A stretch of 64,000 nt of DNA from Nitrososphaeria archaeon (GCA_029775855.1 JARVJZ010000003.1:1-64000), one strand, 5' to 3'; positions 1 through 10,885 are shown, counted from the first letter of the stretch. A program made the numbers and translations. The notes: a model not told the origin generated them from the sequence alone.

Positions 1-32
1 CAAGATGGGGGGTAGCACCACAACCAACAGCA

Positions 33-84
33 GAAAGCCTTAAATCAAACCCAAAACCATATAATGGAGCGAGAAAAAGAGTCG
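33..84 (+). promoter_or_regulatory. CRISPR leader (partial) with BRE/TATA-like element
   Basis: No repeat in the 84 nt before the first repeat. GAAAGCCTTAAAT at 33-45 resembles archaeal BRE+TATA. The degenerate repeat lies at the opposite end of the array. Confidence 0.55.
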
Positions 85-3000
85 GAATCTCACATAGAGA
101 ATTGAAAGTCCTGAGCCAAATCTTCTTCAGACATCAAAACTTAAGCAGAATCTCACATAGAGAATTGAAAGATATCGTTGAGGAAGACATTCCGAAACTC
201 GCGATTCACAGAATCTCACATAGAGAATTGAAAGTCTCTTGTGGCATAAGCGAGTCTAAGGCTTTAGTGTATGGAATCTCACATAGAGAATTGAAAGAAA
301 GATGATCCTCGACCCCTATGACCACAATATTATTGTGAGAATCTCACATAGAGAATTGAAAGCAGCGGCTGAGAGCCAGTGAAGATCGAGATATACGTGT
401 CGTAGAATCTCACATAGAGAATTGAAAGAATAAAGGCAGAGGAGCCTCTTGTTTTTACTACCAAAGAGAATCTCACATAGAGAATTGAAAGTTGGATGCA
501 TCACACCAAGCAGAAACTTCATCTAACCAGAATCTCACATAGAGAATTGAAAGATGTGAGATTCTAGTCTTTACAAATTACACTTTCAGAATCTCACATA
601 GAGAATTGAAAGTTTTTAGGTAGTAGTGTTGCTAGTTTCTTCATGTATGCTGAATCTCACATAGAGAATTGAAAGTAGATAGCAGAGCCACTATGTTTAT
701 CATAAGTCACTCGAATCTCACATAGAGAATTGAAAGTAATCGGAGAAGAAGAAGACCTCAAAACAAAACTAGAAGCAGAATCTCACATAGAGAATTGAAA
801 GTTATGAATTCCACGGGTTTTAGAATAACAAAGTATTCGTAGAATCTCACATAGAGAATTGAAAGGTAAAAGTTTACTTTTTACAGTTTTTCTAAAAAAC
901 ACATAGAATCTCACATAGAGAATTGAAAGACCGTTTGACATAGATCTTCCATAAAAAGAGAAAAAGACAGAATCTCACATAGAGAATTGAAAGTCCTTTA
1001 CTAATCTCAATATAGTCTGTTTAAAGGTCTCCCTCGAATCTCACATAGAGAATTGAAAGATCGCTTTGTATAATGTTTGGTCAAGTTAATAAACGCTGAA
1101 TCTCACATAGAGAATTGAAAGTGACTATGAGCATTTCTATCGGTGGGTATGCGGAGCATACGGAATCTCACATAGAGAATTGAAAGCAAACTTCGGTGCC
1201 TCTATTTCTCTAGGTGTGAATTGAATCTCACATAGAGAATTGAAAGTAGCTAACTCACTTCTTCTCGTTTGGAGTGCTGAGATGAATCTCACATAGAGAA
1301 TTGAAAGAACCACTCAAACCGCTTGTGATTAGAGCACCAACGCACGAATCTCACATAGAGAATTGAAAGTCCCTAATCTCATTTCCATAAAGTGGGAGGC
1401 TACAATTCCTGAATCTCACATAGAGAATTGAAAGAGTTTCTATTTGCATCATGTTTATTTTTATTTCTGTTAGGGAATCTCACATAGAGAATTGAAAGAG
1501 TTCCAGGTATTCCGGTGCCTCTCACTCTTCCTCTTGTTGAATCTCACATAGAGAATTGAAAGGTGACGTTGGTTAGTTCTTTGCAATCTTTGCAGTATAA
1601 CTGAATCTCACATAGAGAATTGAAAGTCTGAGGTAAGGAGCCCCGGTAGGAAAACCCCGTATTCGAGAATCTCACATAGAGAATTGAAAGTCAAACTACT
1701 CGCCCCTCAACCTGAGCTTTTAGCTTGGGAATCTCACATAGAGAATTGAAAGTCCTTGTCAACCGAATAGTCAAAATCCACTGGAATCAAGGAATCTCAC
1801 ATAGAGAATTGAAAGACAACATCCTCTAACCCATATTCTTCAGCAAATTTTAAAAGAATCTCACATAGAGAATTGAAAGCCTACACCCTTTTTAGGTGGT
1901 GCGATATAAATATGGTGAATCTCACATAGAGAATTGAAAGAAAGCTTGGGGGGCGGCGGAGACGCGTAAAACAAGGGTGAATCTCACATAGAGAATTGAA
2001 AGTCCTCGGTTAAGCCTTCGTTGAGTAAATCAACGGTCGAAGAATCTCACATAGAGAATTGAAAGTACTTCCGACACCTCTTTAAAAAAACAGCACATGG
2101 AATCTCACATAGAGAATTGAAAGCAGCATACTTCACTCGAGTCGCTTCATTAACAAGTTTAAGAATCTCACATAGAGAATTGAAAGTTCTGAACACTTCA
2201 GGAAAGTTCTCAAGTAGAAGGAGAGAATCTCACATAGAGAATTGAAAGATAAGATGAGTTCAGAGGAGCTTGAGGAAACGCTTAGGAATCTCACATAGAG
2301 AATTGAAAGGATCATCATCTTATCTTCCAGACCATATAGAATCTATGAATCTCACATAGAGAATTGAAAGCATCTTCCGTGTTAGGTTCTCTTAAGCCTA
2401 AATATTGGGAATCTCACATAGAGAATTGAAAGATACTATAAGAAGGTTATTCCAGCTCATCAAAGAAGATCAGAATCTCACATAGAGAATTGAAAGGCAG
2501 CTACATTTGAAATATATAGTGAGTTGCCTCGACCACGGGAATCTCACATAGAGAATTGAAAGTAAGTCGTCAGCCACGACTCCACATCCGCACTTGAAAT
2601 GAATCTCACATAGAGAATTGAAAGTGCGGCTTGCCCTGCTCTATCTACGGTTATGTGTAATGAATCTCACATAGAGAATTGAAAGTTTTGAGTTTTGATA
2701 AGGTGTATAGTGCTATGTGTGTTGCTAGAATCTCACATAGAGAATTGAAAGACACCATTAAGGTGCGGGGTTAAGCACCGTAAGCGCCGAGAATCTCACA
2801 TAGAGAATTGAAAGACACAAAAGTAGCCGTATTCTTTCAGGAAATAAAGCTTATATTGGAATCTCACATAGAGAATTGAAAGCATAGCCACAGACCTTAC
2901 ATTTCATTTCTCTTTTCGCAACGAATCTCACATAGAGAATTGAAAGAATGACCCTATAGTAGGCTGCTCTCGGAACATTACCAAAGAAAGAATCTCACAT

Positions 3001-3451
3001 AGAGAATTGAAAGTCCACTGCTTCAGCCCCCTCCTTCACAGCCTCCACAGCCCGAATCTCACATAGAGAATTGAAAGTCACCAGATACACCGTTATTATT
3101 AATCTGTTTTTGCCGAATCTCACATAGAGAATTGAAAGTAGAAGTTGAGAACGTTGTTGAGGGTCGTTAATTTGAAGAATCTCACATAGAGAATTGAAAG
3201 ATAACAAGCCATTTGCGGTCACTTGAATGGTGCATTGAAGAATCTCACATAGAGAATTGAAAGAACGTAAATCAGCAAACAATCACAACTGAACAGTCAA
3301 AAGGAATCTCACATAGAGAATTGAAAGCCGTTTTATCTGAGCCCTTCGGCTTCGCAGTAATAGCTTGAATCTCACATAGAGAATTGAAAGATTAAGTGAA
3401 AGCTTTTTCAAGAAAGTGTAGATGGCTAAATCTCATATAGAGAATAGGTTC
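85..3451 (+). CRISPR. CRISPR array, 24-bp repeat GAATCTCACATAGAGAATTGAAAG, about 53 intact repeats plus 1 degenerate terminal repeat
   Basis: Identical repeat from 85-108 to 3367-3390, with unique spacers of about 34-43 nt (counted by eye). Degenerate AAATCTCATATAGAGAATAGG at 3428. The 3' ATTGAAAG end is typical of archaeal type I-A/III-associated repeats. Confidence 0.99.
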
Positions 3452-3550
3452 GGCTTAAACAAGATGTATACATCAGAGGAGAATCCATAGCCCTTATCCT
3501 GCGGCTGTAAGTGAAGGGAAGGCGTACCCGTAAGATTTATCTTTTACCCA

Positions 3551-3886
3551 ATGGGTGCTGTGTTAACCTATAGGGTGGCTGGATTGTCTGATGCCGTTGT
3601 AGCTACTAAGAGTAAATCTGGAGGTATAAAAGAACCTAAACCTAAGAAGGAGAAGATTTTGATAGGTCCGCCTAGGCTTACACGATTTGAGAAGGCAAGG
3701 ATAATAGGCGCAAGGGCTCTCCAACTAGCATTAGGTGCGCCGCCTTTCATACCATTAGATCCGAGCGTCAAAGATCCCATGACATTAGCCCGTATGGAGT
3801 TAGAGGCGAAGGCGCTCCCCATCTCCATTAGAAGAGAGCTACCTGATGGTGAATACCAAGACATACCCATAACAGACCTACTCTAA
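3551..3886 (+). CDS. rpo6: DNA-directed RNA polymerase subunit K/Rpo6
   Basis: LTRFEKARIIGARALQLALGAP and LPISIRRELPDG motifs. True start may be TTG at 3584. Confidence 0.95.
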   Translation: MGAVLTYRVAGLSDAVVATKSKSGGIKEPKPKKEKILIGPPRLTRFEKARIIGARALQLALGAPPFIPLDPSVKDPMTLARMELEAKALPISIRRELPDGEYQDIPITDLL

Positions 3887-3932
3887 AAATATATTTATAT
3901 AGCGTAAGCTATATGCGTTGTGCTGATGCGCT

Positions 3933-4292
3933 ATGTCCAAAACCAACAAGACTAAAAACTCTGCTGAAAATGTTGCTGCTGAAGGGCAAGCAGCTGAGAA
4001 GAAGGCAAAGCCTGAAAGATCTTCGCCTCCCAACCATATATTCATAGGGAAGAAGCCTGTGATGAGCTACGCTATGTCGGCGCTCATACAGCTGGCACAG
4101 ATGGGTGAAGTCGTGCTGAAGGCTCGAGGAATGGTAATTTCAAGAGCAGTAGATGTAGCTGAGATCATAACAAAAAGGCTAGGCAACAACGCCTACGAAG
4201 TAAAGAGCATACTAATAGATACAGAGCAAGTAGGCAGCGGCGAAGATATGAGAAATGTCTCAACAATAGAAATCAAGGTAGGAAGAAAGTAG
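3933..4292 (+). CDS. albA: Chromatin protein Alba
   Basis: IFIGKKPVMSY, LKARG..ISRAVDVAE, VSTIEI motifs. Confidence 0.95.
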   Translation: MSKTNKTKNSAENVAAEGQAAEKKAKPERSSPPNHIFIGKKPVMSYAMSALIQLAQMGEVVLKARGMVISRAVDVAEIITKRLGNNAYEVKSILIDTEQVGSGEDMRNVSTIEIKVGRK

Positions 4293-4313
4293 AAAGCATA
4301 GAACAACCAAGAA

Positions 4314-5570
4314 TTAGGGAAGGAAAGAAGAAGCCATCCCTAAAACGTCCCTACCAAGTATATTACCTAAGCTACCCTTTGCACAATCCCTCTCAGTAAA
4401 CCTACATAACCCATCTTTACCAGCCTTACCACCAGTTATAAGTAGCGGCACTGGATCTGAAGAATGTGCCCTAAGAGTGCAAGGGGTTGCGTGGTCAGCA
4501 GATATAACGACCACCACCTGATCTAAGTCTATGTTAAGTATCAGCCTACTAAAGAAGAGCTGATCTATCTCCTCTAAAACCTTCTTCTTAGCCCAAGGGT
4601 CACCATCATGACCAGGCTCATCAGGACCCTTAAGATGAACATAAACGCCACTATATCTTGACAGAAGCTCTAAAGCCTTTCTAGCCTTGGCTGCGTAATC
4701 TCTTACCCCACCCGCCTCAAAGCTATGCATACCCGTTATTTTAGCAACACCTTTCTCAACAGGCATATCGGTCAGCGCCGCAAAGCGCAACCCAAATCGC
4801 TCATAAATCGGCTTAATGGCTGGAAGTTCGTTGCCTGCGTCCCTAAAAAGAACTGCGTTTCCAGGCATTTGTCCACGCTTTATGCGTTCTTGGTTTATGG
4901 TGTGCTCCTTAAGCACTTTTAGAGCTTGCTTATTAAATTCATTTATGAGGTCTGCTGCTAGCTTAGCATCTCTGCTATCTTCCAAAGGTTCTGCGTTTTG
5001 TATATATGGTGAAATCTTGCCTTCTTTAGCTACTCCTAGTCTGCCTACGCGTTCATAAGCTGGATCTGTGTTGCTGATCATTCCTGAGAGCGATTCACCT
5101 TCCGCCCTTATAACGAGCACAGCCCTATGCCCTATGGAGTGCACAAATCTGAAGGATGCACCTTTTAGTTTGACTTGCTCATTCAACGCTTGAGCCAGCA
5201 TTTTAGCCTCTTCATCACTTAGATCTCGCCCAACCCTTCTATCTATGATCCTTCCCGCTTCGTCTACGGTTGCGAAGTTTGCCCTAACAGCTAGGTCTCC
5301 TGACTTGAATTCAAGATCTAAGCCTACAGCCTCTATGACTCCACGACCAGGATACTCTGTGTAGACATCATAGCCCAGCATGGAGAAGACCGCTATGTCC
5401 GATTCTGGTGATACTCCTTTACCTACTGGGTAGACCAAGCCTTTAACCCCTTGTCTAGCCAGTGCATCTAGATTCGGTGTCAACGCTGCCTCAAGCGGCG
5501 TTGTGTAGTTAAGCTGAGGATTAGGTCGGTCTCCAACACCATCTAAAAGAATGTAGAGTAGACGCTTCAA
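4314..5570 (-). CDS. apgM: 2,3-bisphosphoglycerate-independent phosphoglycerate mutase, archaeal type
   Basis: LLDGVGDRP, TPLEAA.TPNLD, HLKGPDEPGHDG, ADHATP, HSSDPVP. Confidence 0.92.
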   Translation of the reverse strand: MKRLLYILLDGVGDRPNPQLNYTTPLEAALTPNLDALARQGVKGLVYPVGKGVSPESDIAVFSMLGYDVYTEYPGRGVIEAVGLDLEFKSGDLAVRANFATVDEAGRIIDRRVGRDLSDEEAKMLAQALNEQVKLKGASFRFVHSIGHRAVLVIRAEGESLSGMISNTDPAYERVGRLGVAKEGKISPYIQNAEPLEDSRDAKLAADLINEFNKQALKVLKEHTINQERIKRGQMPGNAVLFRDAGNELPAIKPIYERFGLRFAALTDMPVEKGVAKITGMHSFEAGGVRDYAAKARKALELLSRYSGVYVHLKGPDEPGHDGDPWAKKKVLEEIDQLFFSRLILNIDLDQVVVVISADHATPCTLRAHSSDPVPLLITGGKAGKDGLCRFTERDCAKGSLGNILGRDVLGMASSFLP

Positions 5571-5615
5571 CTACTTACTTACGGTAGTATGCAGATGTGT
5601 AATATAAAATTTTGT

Positions 5616-5930
5616 TTAATGTGTGCTAAGATTCAGCTGTATGAATACATCTTCTGGGATCTTAAGGCGTGTCAGCTGCCTCATAGTCCGCTCATCTGCA
5701 TCTATGTCTATAAGCCTCCTGTGAACTCTCATCTCCCATTTGTCAAAGGTATGGCTTCCTTGACCTGAGGGAGCTTTGCGTGTAACAACCCTAAGCCTCT
5801 TAGTAGGTAAAGGTAGCGGACCTTTCATACGAACCCCAGTCTTCTCTACAATACCCTTTATCTCTCTACAGACCGCTTCTAGATTCTCTAGGTTTGTGCT
5901 TGTGAGCTTGATTCGTGCAGACTGGGGCAA
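5616..5930 (-). CDS. rpsJ: 30S ribosomal protein uS10
   Basis: [29 protein letters not shown]. Confidence 0.96.
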   Translation of the reverse strand: MPQSARIKLTSTNLENLEAVCREIKGIVEKTGVRMKGPLPLPTKRLRVVTRKAPSGQGSHTFDKWEMRVHRRLIDIDADERTMRQLTRLKIPEDVFIQLNLSTH

Positions 5931-6001
5931 GTAGGTTCACCTGATGATAATGCCGCTTACCTTGAGCTATTTATAGATTTTACTAAGGTTTTTCCTTTTT
6001 T

Positions 6002-6313
6002 CTACCTCTGCTTGAGCAAACCAGCCTTCTCTACAAGTTCTCTTACAGTGTTAGGGTCTTTGACCTCCACTACTCTAGATCTACCGACATCATATATCTC
6101 AACCAAGCCAGCTGACTCAAGTGTTCTGATGTGTCTATAGACGGTTGCATAATCGATTTTAAGAGACCTTGAGACCGCCTTTATATGTAGAGGTCTTCTT
6201 GTAGCCTCTAAAAGCGAGAGTATCCTAAGCCTAGCCACGCTGCTTAATGCGTAGAATACCTTAGCAGCGTCTTTGAACACTTCTTCAGACAAGCCGCCAT
6301 AATATAGCATCAC
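6002..6313 (-). CDS. ArsR-family winged-HTH transcriptional regulator
   Basis: FYALSSVARLRIL...YATVYRHIRTLESAGLVE pattern. Confidence 0.85.
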   Translation of the reverse strand: MMLYYGGLSEEVFKDAAKVFYALSSVARLRILSLLEATRRPLHIKAVSRSLKIDYATVYRHIRTLESAGLVEIYDVGRSRVVEVKDPNTVRELVEKAGLLKQR

Positions 6314-6422
6314 CTTATAATTAATGTTATCCTTAATTAGAGTTAGATTAACGCAAGACCAACATACAGTTGAGGCAGCAAGGGGAAGATATATTTGGAT
6401 AGTGAGGTAGAGGGGTCTATGA

Positions 6423-6498
6423 GGGGTCGTCGGCTAGTCTGGTCTAGGCTACATGGCTTGGGCCCATGTGATCGTGGGTTCAAATCCCACCGACCCCA
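6423..6498 (+). tRNA. tRNA-Pro(UGG)
   Basis: Acceptor stem GGGGTCG/CGACCCC, anticodon arm CATGG-CTTGGGC-CCATG, T-arm GTGGG-TTCAAAT-CCCAC. CCA not encoded. Confidence 0.93.
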
Positions 6499-6544
6499 CT
6501 CTAACGAATATAAGGCAGCTCAGATAAGTAGAAAGTAGTAGGGG

Positions 6545-7657
6545 ATGTTATTTAGATATAATGCGCTGTCGTGCTGGGAGGATAAGCGTGTTAGAGAAAG
6601 GTTGAGCTGGTACTATGAAGTTATGCTTAACCGTAAACCAGCAAAGTTCAAAATATGCAGATTCGTTGAGAGCACTGTAAACCCCTCTGAGGTAAATTTT
6701 GATAAGCTTTTAGAGGAGCATAAAATACTTCAGCAGAAATTTATCAACCTTTTAGGCAAGATTAGATCTGGCACTGCATCTTTGGAGGAGATGGAGGAAC
6801 CTAAGAGTAGTCTTCTTGATGTGAAGATTGAGTTGGCTAAAAGGATGCTTAAGAAGTGTAGCTTTTGTGAATGGCGGTGTAGAGTAGATAGGACGATAGA
6901 GGGGAAGAGAGGCGCTTGCAAACTTGGTGAGAAGACATTTGTCTCAACATGGTTCCATCATTATGGTGAAGAGCCTCCTTTAGTGGGTTCAGGAGGCTCA
7001 GGCACTATATTTTTTACAAGCTGCACCTTTAGATGCGTCTTCTGCCAGAACTGGGATATTTCACAAGATTGGAGTAATGGTGTCGAAGTAGACGCTAGGA
7101 GACTCGCTCTAATAATTAAAAGGCTTAGGGTTGAGGGTGCGCTCAACATAAACTTCGTTGGTGGAGACCCAACTATGCATCTACACACTATCTTGGAGAG
7201 TATGCGCTATGTCGATGTTAATGTGCCTATGCTTTGGAACAGCAACATGTATCTTACAGAGGACGCTATGAACATCCTGAAGGATGTGATAGACATCTGG
7301 CTTCCAGACTTTAAGTATGGTAACGATAGATGCGCACTTAGGCTATCTAAAGTGCCTAGATACTTTGAGGCTGTGGCAAGAAACCATCGTATCGCGCACT
7401 CTAATGGCGATGTAATCATCCGCCATCTTGTGCTTCCCAACCACATAGAGTGCTGCACTAAGCCAGTATTGGCGTGGATAGCGGAAAACTGCCCGAGAGC
7501 TTTAGTCAATGTTATGGGTCAATACCACCCAGACCACCTTGTCCCATCAAACCCAGATAGATATAGTGAGGTTGCTAGAAGGCTAAGGCGAGAAGAATTA
7601 GAGAAGGCTTATGGTATAGCTGATAGTCTAGGGTTAGTCTATGAGCCCGTATCGTAA
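6545..7657 (+). CDS. Radical SAM protein, PflX/PFL-activase-like
   Basis: GSGTIFFTSCTFRCVFCQNWDIS (CxxxCxxC), N-terminal CxxCxxxC, IIRHLVLPNHIECC. Confidence 0.9.
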   Translation: MLFRYNALSCWEDKRVRERLSWYYEVMLNRKPAKFKICRFVESTVNPSEVNFDKLLEEHKILQQKFINLLGKIRSGTASLEEMEEPKSSLLDVKIELAKRMLKKCSFCEWRCRVDRTIEGKRGACKLGEKTFVSTWFHHYGEEPPLVGSGGSGTIFFTSCTFRCVFCQNWDISQDWSNGVEVDARRLALIIKRLRVEGALNINFVGGDPTMHLHTILESMRYVDVNVPMLWNSNMYLTEDAMNILKDVIDIWLPDFKYGNDRCALRLSKVPRYFEAVARNHRIAHSNGDVIIRHLVLPNHIECCTKPVLAWIAENCPRALVNVMGQYHPDHLVPSNPDRYSEVARRLRREELEKAYGIADSLGLVYEPVS

Positions 7658-8795
7658 AGGTGCCTCAACATGCAAGGTTTGCGAGAGTGAAGATAAACTT
7701 GTCTCATCAACCTTAGGGGTTTGTGTTGAATGCATACGCTCAAAGCCAGATGACGCCCTACCATTAACTTATGAAGCTCATAGGGTAGCAAGAGCGTTAA
7801 TCGGATTACCAGATAAACCAGCTAAAAATAGAGGTGGAATACCTTGTGCAGTCTGCTCTAACAGATGCATACTAGGTGAAGGTGAGGTAGGGTACTGTGG
7901 GCTTAAGATCAACTTCAAAGGTAGGCTCAAGAGTCTAACTTCAATCAAACAAGGGCTCTTTTACCATTACCTTGATCCTCATGTGACAAATTGCTGCTCT
8001 GCTTGGTGCTGCCCAGCTGGAACAGGTATAGGTTATCCTCAATACGCTGCAACAAATGGTGCTGAGTTAGGTTATTATAACCTAGCGATCTTCTTCTACG
8101 GCTGCAACTTCGACTGCCTCTTCTGCCAAAATCATTCGCATAAATCGTTTGCCAACATAAAACCAAAAGACATAAACACGCTAGTAGACACTACACTAGG
8201 CAACAGACGGATAACATGCTGGTGCTTCTTCGGCGGCTCACCAGAACCGCAACTACCCTTCGCCTTAGAAGCCTCTAAAACCGTTCTAGAAAGTGTAGGT
8301 AAGAGGATACTAAGAATCTGTTTCGAATGGAACGGATGCGGTAACCCACATTTAGTAAGGAAGGCTGCTGAGCTAGCATACAGAAGTGGAGGCAATCTTA
8401 AGTTTGATCTGAAGTGCTGGAGTGAAAATCTAAGCAAAGCACTTTGCGGCGTCTCTAATAGAGAAGCATTTGAAAACCTTAGGTTAGTTGCGGAAGCGTT
8501 CAAGCCGCTTAGAGAGGCACCTCCTCTTATTACTGCCACGACGCTGCTTGTGCCTGGCTATGTTGATGAGTTCGAAGTTGGGCAGATAGCTTCTTTTCTT
8601 TCAGAAATTGACCAAAATATACCTTACAGTTTACTGGTCTTCCACCCAGACTATAGGCTCTTAGACCTACCTATTACTAGTGCGGCGCATGTTGAGAGGT
8701 GCCTTAAGGCTGCTAAGAGTTTTCTCAAGAGAGTTAATGTGGGGAATGTTGAGCTCCTTGGCAGATTTGGGATCGAATTTAACAGATATATGTAG
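7641..8795 (+). CDS. Radical SAM protein, PflA/AmmeMemoRadiSam-like, with extra Cys clusters
   Basis: GCNFDCLFCQN, CAVCSNRC...GYCG, TTLLVPGY. Confidence 0.88.
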   Translation: MSPYRKGASTCKVCESEDKLVSSTLGVCVECIRSKPDDALPLTYEAHRVARALIGLPDKPAKNRGGIPCAVCSNRCILGEGEVGYCGLKINFKGRLKSLTSIKQGLFYHYLDPHVTNCCSAWCCPAGTGIGYPQYAATNGAELGYYNLAIFFYGCNFDCLFCQNHSHKSFANIKPKDINTLVDTTLGNRRITCWCFFGGSPEPQLPFALEASKTVLESVGKRILRICFEWNGCGNPHLVRKAAELAYRSGGNLKFDLKCWSENLSKALCGVSNREAFENLRLVAEAFKPLREAPPLITATTLLVPGYVDEFEVGQIASFLSEIDQNIPYSLLVFHPDYRLLDLPITSAAHVERCLKAAKSFLKRVNVGNVELLGRFGIEFNRYM

Positions 8796-8826
8796 GTTCA
8801 ATTTGACTGTAAATAGGTGTTCTGCT

Positions 8827-9336
8827 TTGGGGCCGAAGCCTAGAGCAGCCCGCGCCTTAAGCAAGATACCCTTTGTTCCAACCCCTCAACCTATAGTTGA
8901 GAAGATGCTGCAGCTCGCTGCTGTGAAGCCAGATGAAGTTGTGTATGATCTCGGCGCTGGAGATGGAAGGGTAGTTTTCACAGCCGTAAACAAGTTTTCA
9001 GCAAGGGGGGTTGCGGTTGAACTTGACCCATGGAGAGCGAGCCTAATCAGAGAGAAGGTAGCTAGACTAAGTTTAAAAGAGCAGATAAGGGTGCGGCAAG
9101 AAGACCTCTTCCAAACCCCGCTTAAAAACGCAGATGTAGTCACTCTTTACCTACTTCCAGAAGCAAACCGCCTACTTTCAAAAAAGATGCTAGTAGAGCT
9201 TCCTGATAACGCAAGAGTAGTAGCGCACGACTACCCCATTCCAGAATGGAGACCTAAGGAAGTCCTTTACACAAAATATGATGGCAAGATCCATACTTTA
9301 TACCTCTACCAGCCTAGGATGCTGAAACACTTTTAA
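8827..9336 (+). CDS. Class I SAM-dependent methyltransferase, archaeal protein-lysine methyltransferase (aKMT)-like
   Basis: PFVPTP..IVEKML, VYDLGAGDGR, ADVVTLYLL, RVVAHDY, H.LYLY match the Sulfolobus aKMT pattern. Start placed at in-frame TTG 8827 after AGGTG. Confidence 0.8.
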   Translation: MGPKPRAARALSKIPFVPTPQPIVEKMLQLAAVKPDEVVYDLGAGDGRVVFTAVNKFSARGVAVELDPWRASLIREKVARLSLKEQIRVRQEDLFQTPLKNADVVTLYLLPEANRLLSKKMLVELPDNARVVAHDYPIPEWRPKEVLYTKYDGKIHTLYLYQPRMLKHF

Positions 9337-9367
9337 CATGTGGATTAGAGTACTCTGTGGTTAGAAG

Positions 9368-10123
9368 TTGAGCATTGGCAAAAGTAGAGCTAGAACGGTT
9401 GCTTCAGTAGCAATCTTCGCTGTTGTTTATGCTGTGTTGAGGCTCATCCCAACCTTTCCAATGATAGGGGTTTCAGGCGCAGTGTTCTCACTCTCAGACA
9501 TGATGGCGCCTCTCTACGGTGTCATTCTTGGACCCTTTGTCGGACCTTTAAGTGTTATACTCGGGACCTTCCTCGCTATAGCGCTTGGTAAACCTGTTTC
9601 TTTCCTCTTCTTAGACTTCTTACCGGCAACACTTAATGCTTTGGCTGTAGGTTTAATAATGCGTAGAAGGTTTGCTGTGGCGATTGGTCTTAACCTAGTT
9701 GTGTTAGCTATATTCTTAGTCAACCCGCTTACACTCATCTTTGTGAGCATAAACCTTCCTATAGCGAACTTAATTCTTCCATTTCACTGGATGCACTACC
9801 TAGCCTTAGCAGCATTAATCTCGCCTCTGAGTAGATGGGCTTCTGGTTGGGTTAAAGGGGCGTCGACAGCTAACTTAGCGAAGGGTTTGGCTGTCTTGGC
9901 CTTTATAGGCACTTTACTGCAGCACTCCACAGGAGCTATACTGTTTGAAGTTGTGCTTGGTCAATACTTAGGGGTAGTTAAGCCTGAAGCTTATCAAGCG
10001 ATCTGGAACGCGGTGTTTTATATCTACCCAATAGAAAGAGCGATGCTGGTTGTATTGGCTACTGTGGTTGGCACACCTATAGTAAGAAGCCTTAAAGCGT
10101 CGCGCCTAATTTACGTCGAATAA
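9368..10123 (+). CDS. ECF transporter substrate-binding (S) component
   Basis: Multi-TM protein; GVILGPFVG..SVILG motif. Confidence 0.7.
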   Translation: MSIGKSRARTVASVAIFAVVYAVLRLIPTFPMIGVSGAVFSLSDMMAPLYGVILGPFVGPLSVILGTFLAIALGKPVSFLFLDFLPATLNALAVGLIMRRRFAVAIGLNLVVLAIFLVNPLTLIFVSINLPIANLILPFHWMHYLALAALISPLSRWASGWVKGASTANLAKGLAVLAFIGTLLQHSTGAILFEVVLGQYLGVVKPEAYQAIWNAVFYIYPIERAMLVVLATVVGTPIVRSLKASRLIYVE

Positions 10124-10174
10124 TAAGGGAAAAGTTATTATCTTTGGTTTGATGGCTTCAACTTTAGCTGTGCG

Positions 10175-10885
10175 GTGTTCTTTGTGAAGGCAGTAATCTT
10201 AGCGGGCGGATTTGGGAAGAGGCTTAAACCAATCACAGACACCACCCCCAAACCCTTGATAGAAATTTGTGGTAAACCTATCTTGGTTAGGCAGATTGAA
10301 TGGCTACGCAGCCACGGCGTAAAAGATGTAATTCTCTGTATAGGCTTCTTAAAGGAGAAGGTTATACAATATGTTGGCAACGGTAAGAAGCTCGGTGTGC
10401 ACATCGGGTATGTGGTTGAAGACGAACCCTTAGGCACAGGAGGCGCCATATTAAATGCTGAACACCTTCTTTCAAATGATGAACACTTCCTCGTGTTAAA
10501 CGGCGACGTGTTAACAGACCTAAACCCGCAGCCTCTCGTAGAGGGGTTAAAAGGGTATGTTGGTGCCTTAGCCTTAGTTCCTCTGCGTTCACCTTACGGC
10601 GTAGTCTATACAGATGGTAAGGGGGTGATAACCAATTTCGCAGAGAAACCTATCTTACAAAACTATTGGATAAATGCTGGAATCTATTGCTTGAGTCCTA
10701 AGATCTTCCCGTATCTAAAGGAGAAGACGAACATAGAGAGCACAGCTTTTCCTGAGCTTGCGTCTAAGGGTTTGCTTAAAGCGGTGCATTATAAGGACTG
10801 CTTTTGGCGTTCTATAGATGTGCATAAGGATATAGAGGAGGTTGAGCAAGAGCTTTCAAAATTAGCTGTATTAAGTGGAAAATGA
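10175..10885 (+). CDS. Sugar-phosphate nucleotidyltransferase
   Basis: AVILAGGFGKRLKPIT..PKPL, EPLGTGGA, VLNGD. Confidence 0.9.
   Translation: MFFVKAVILAGGFGKRLKPITDTTPKPLIEICGKPILVRQIEWLRSHGVKDVILCIGFLKEKVIQYVGNGKKLGVHIGYVVEDEPLGTGGAILNAEHLLSNDEHFLVLNGDVLTDLNPQPLVEGLKGYVGALALVPLRSPYGVVYTDGKGVITNFAEKPILQNYWINAGIYCLSPKIFPYLKEKTNIESTAFPELASKGLLKAVHYKDCFWRSIDVHKDIEEVEQELSKLAVLSGK

Noticed and set aside
102-3282. ORFs 102-305, 316-522, 2133-2318 and 2995-3282
   Set aside because: Translations of CRISPR repeats (recurrent ISHRELK / SFNSLCEI); not genes.
85-3451. Self-targeting or duplicated spacers
   Set aside because: None noticed by eye against this window. Not exhaustive; needs alignment.
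3452-3550. Possible sRNA between the CRISPR end and rpo6 (also TGATGA at 5942 and ATGACGA near 59689)
   Set aside because: No complete C/D or H/ACA box set with rRNA-complementary guides could be supported.
8680-8826. N-terminal extension of the methyltransferase ORF
   Set aside because: It overlaps the upstream radical SAM gene by more than 100 nt. Family similarity starts near PFVPTP, and an SD-preceded TTG exists at 8827.
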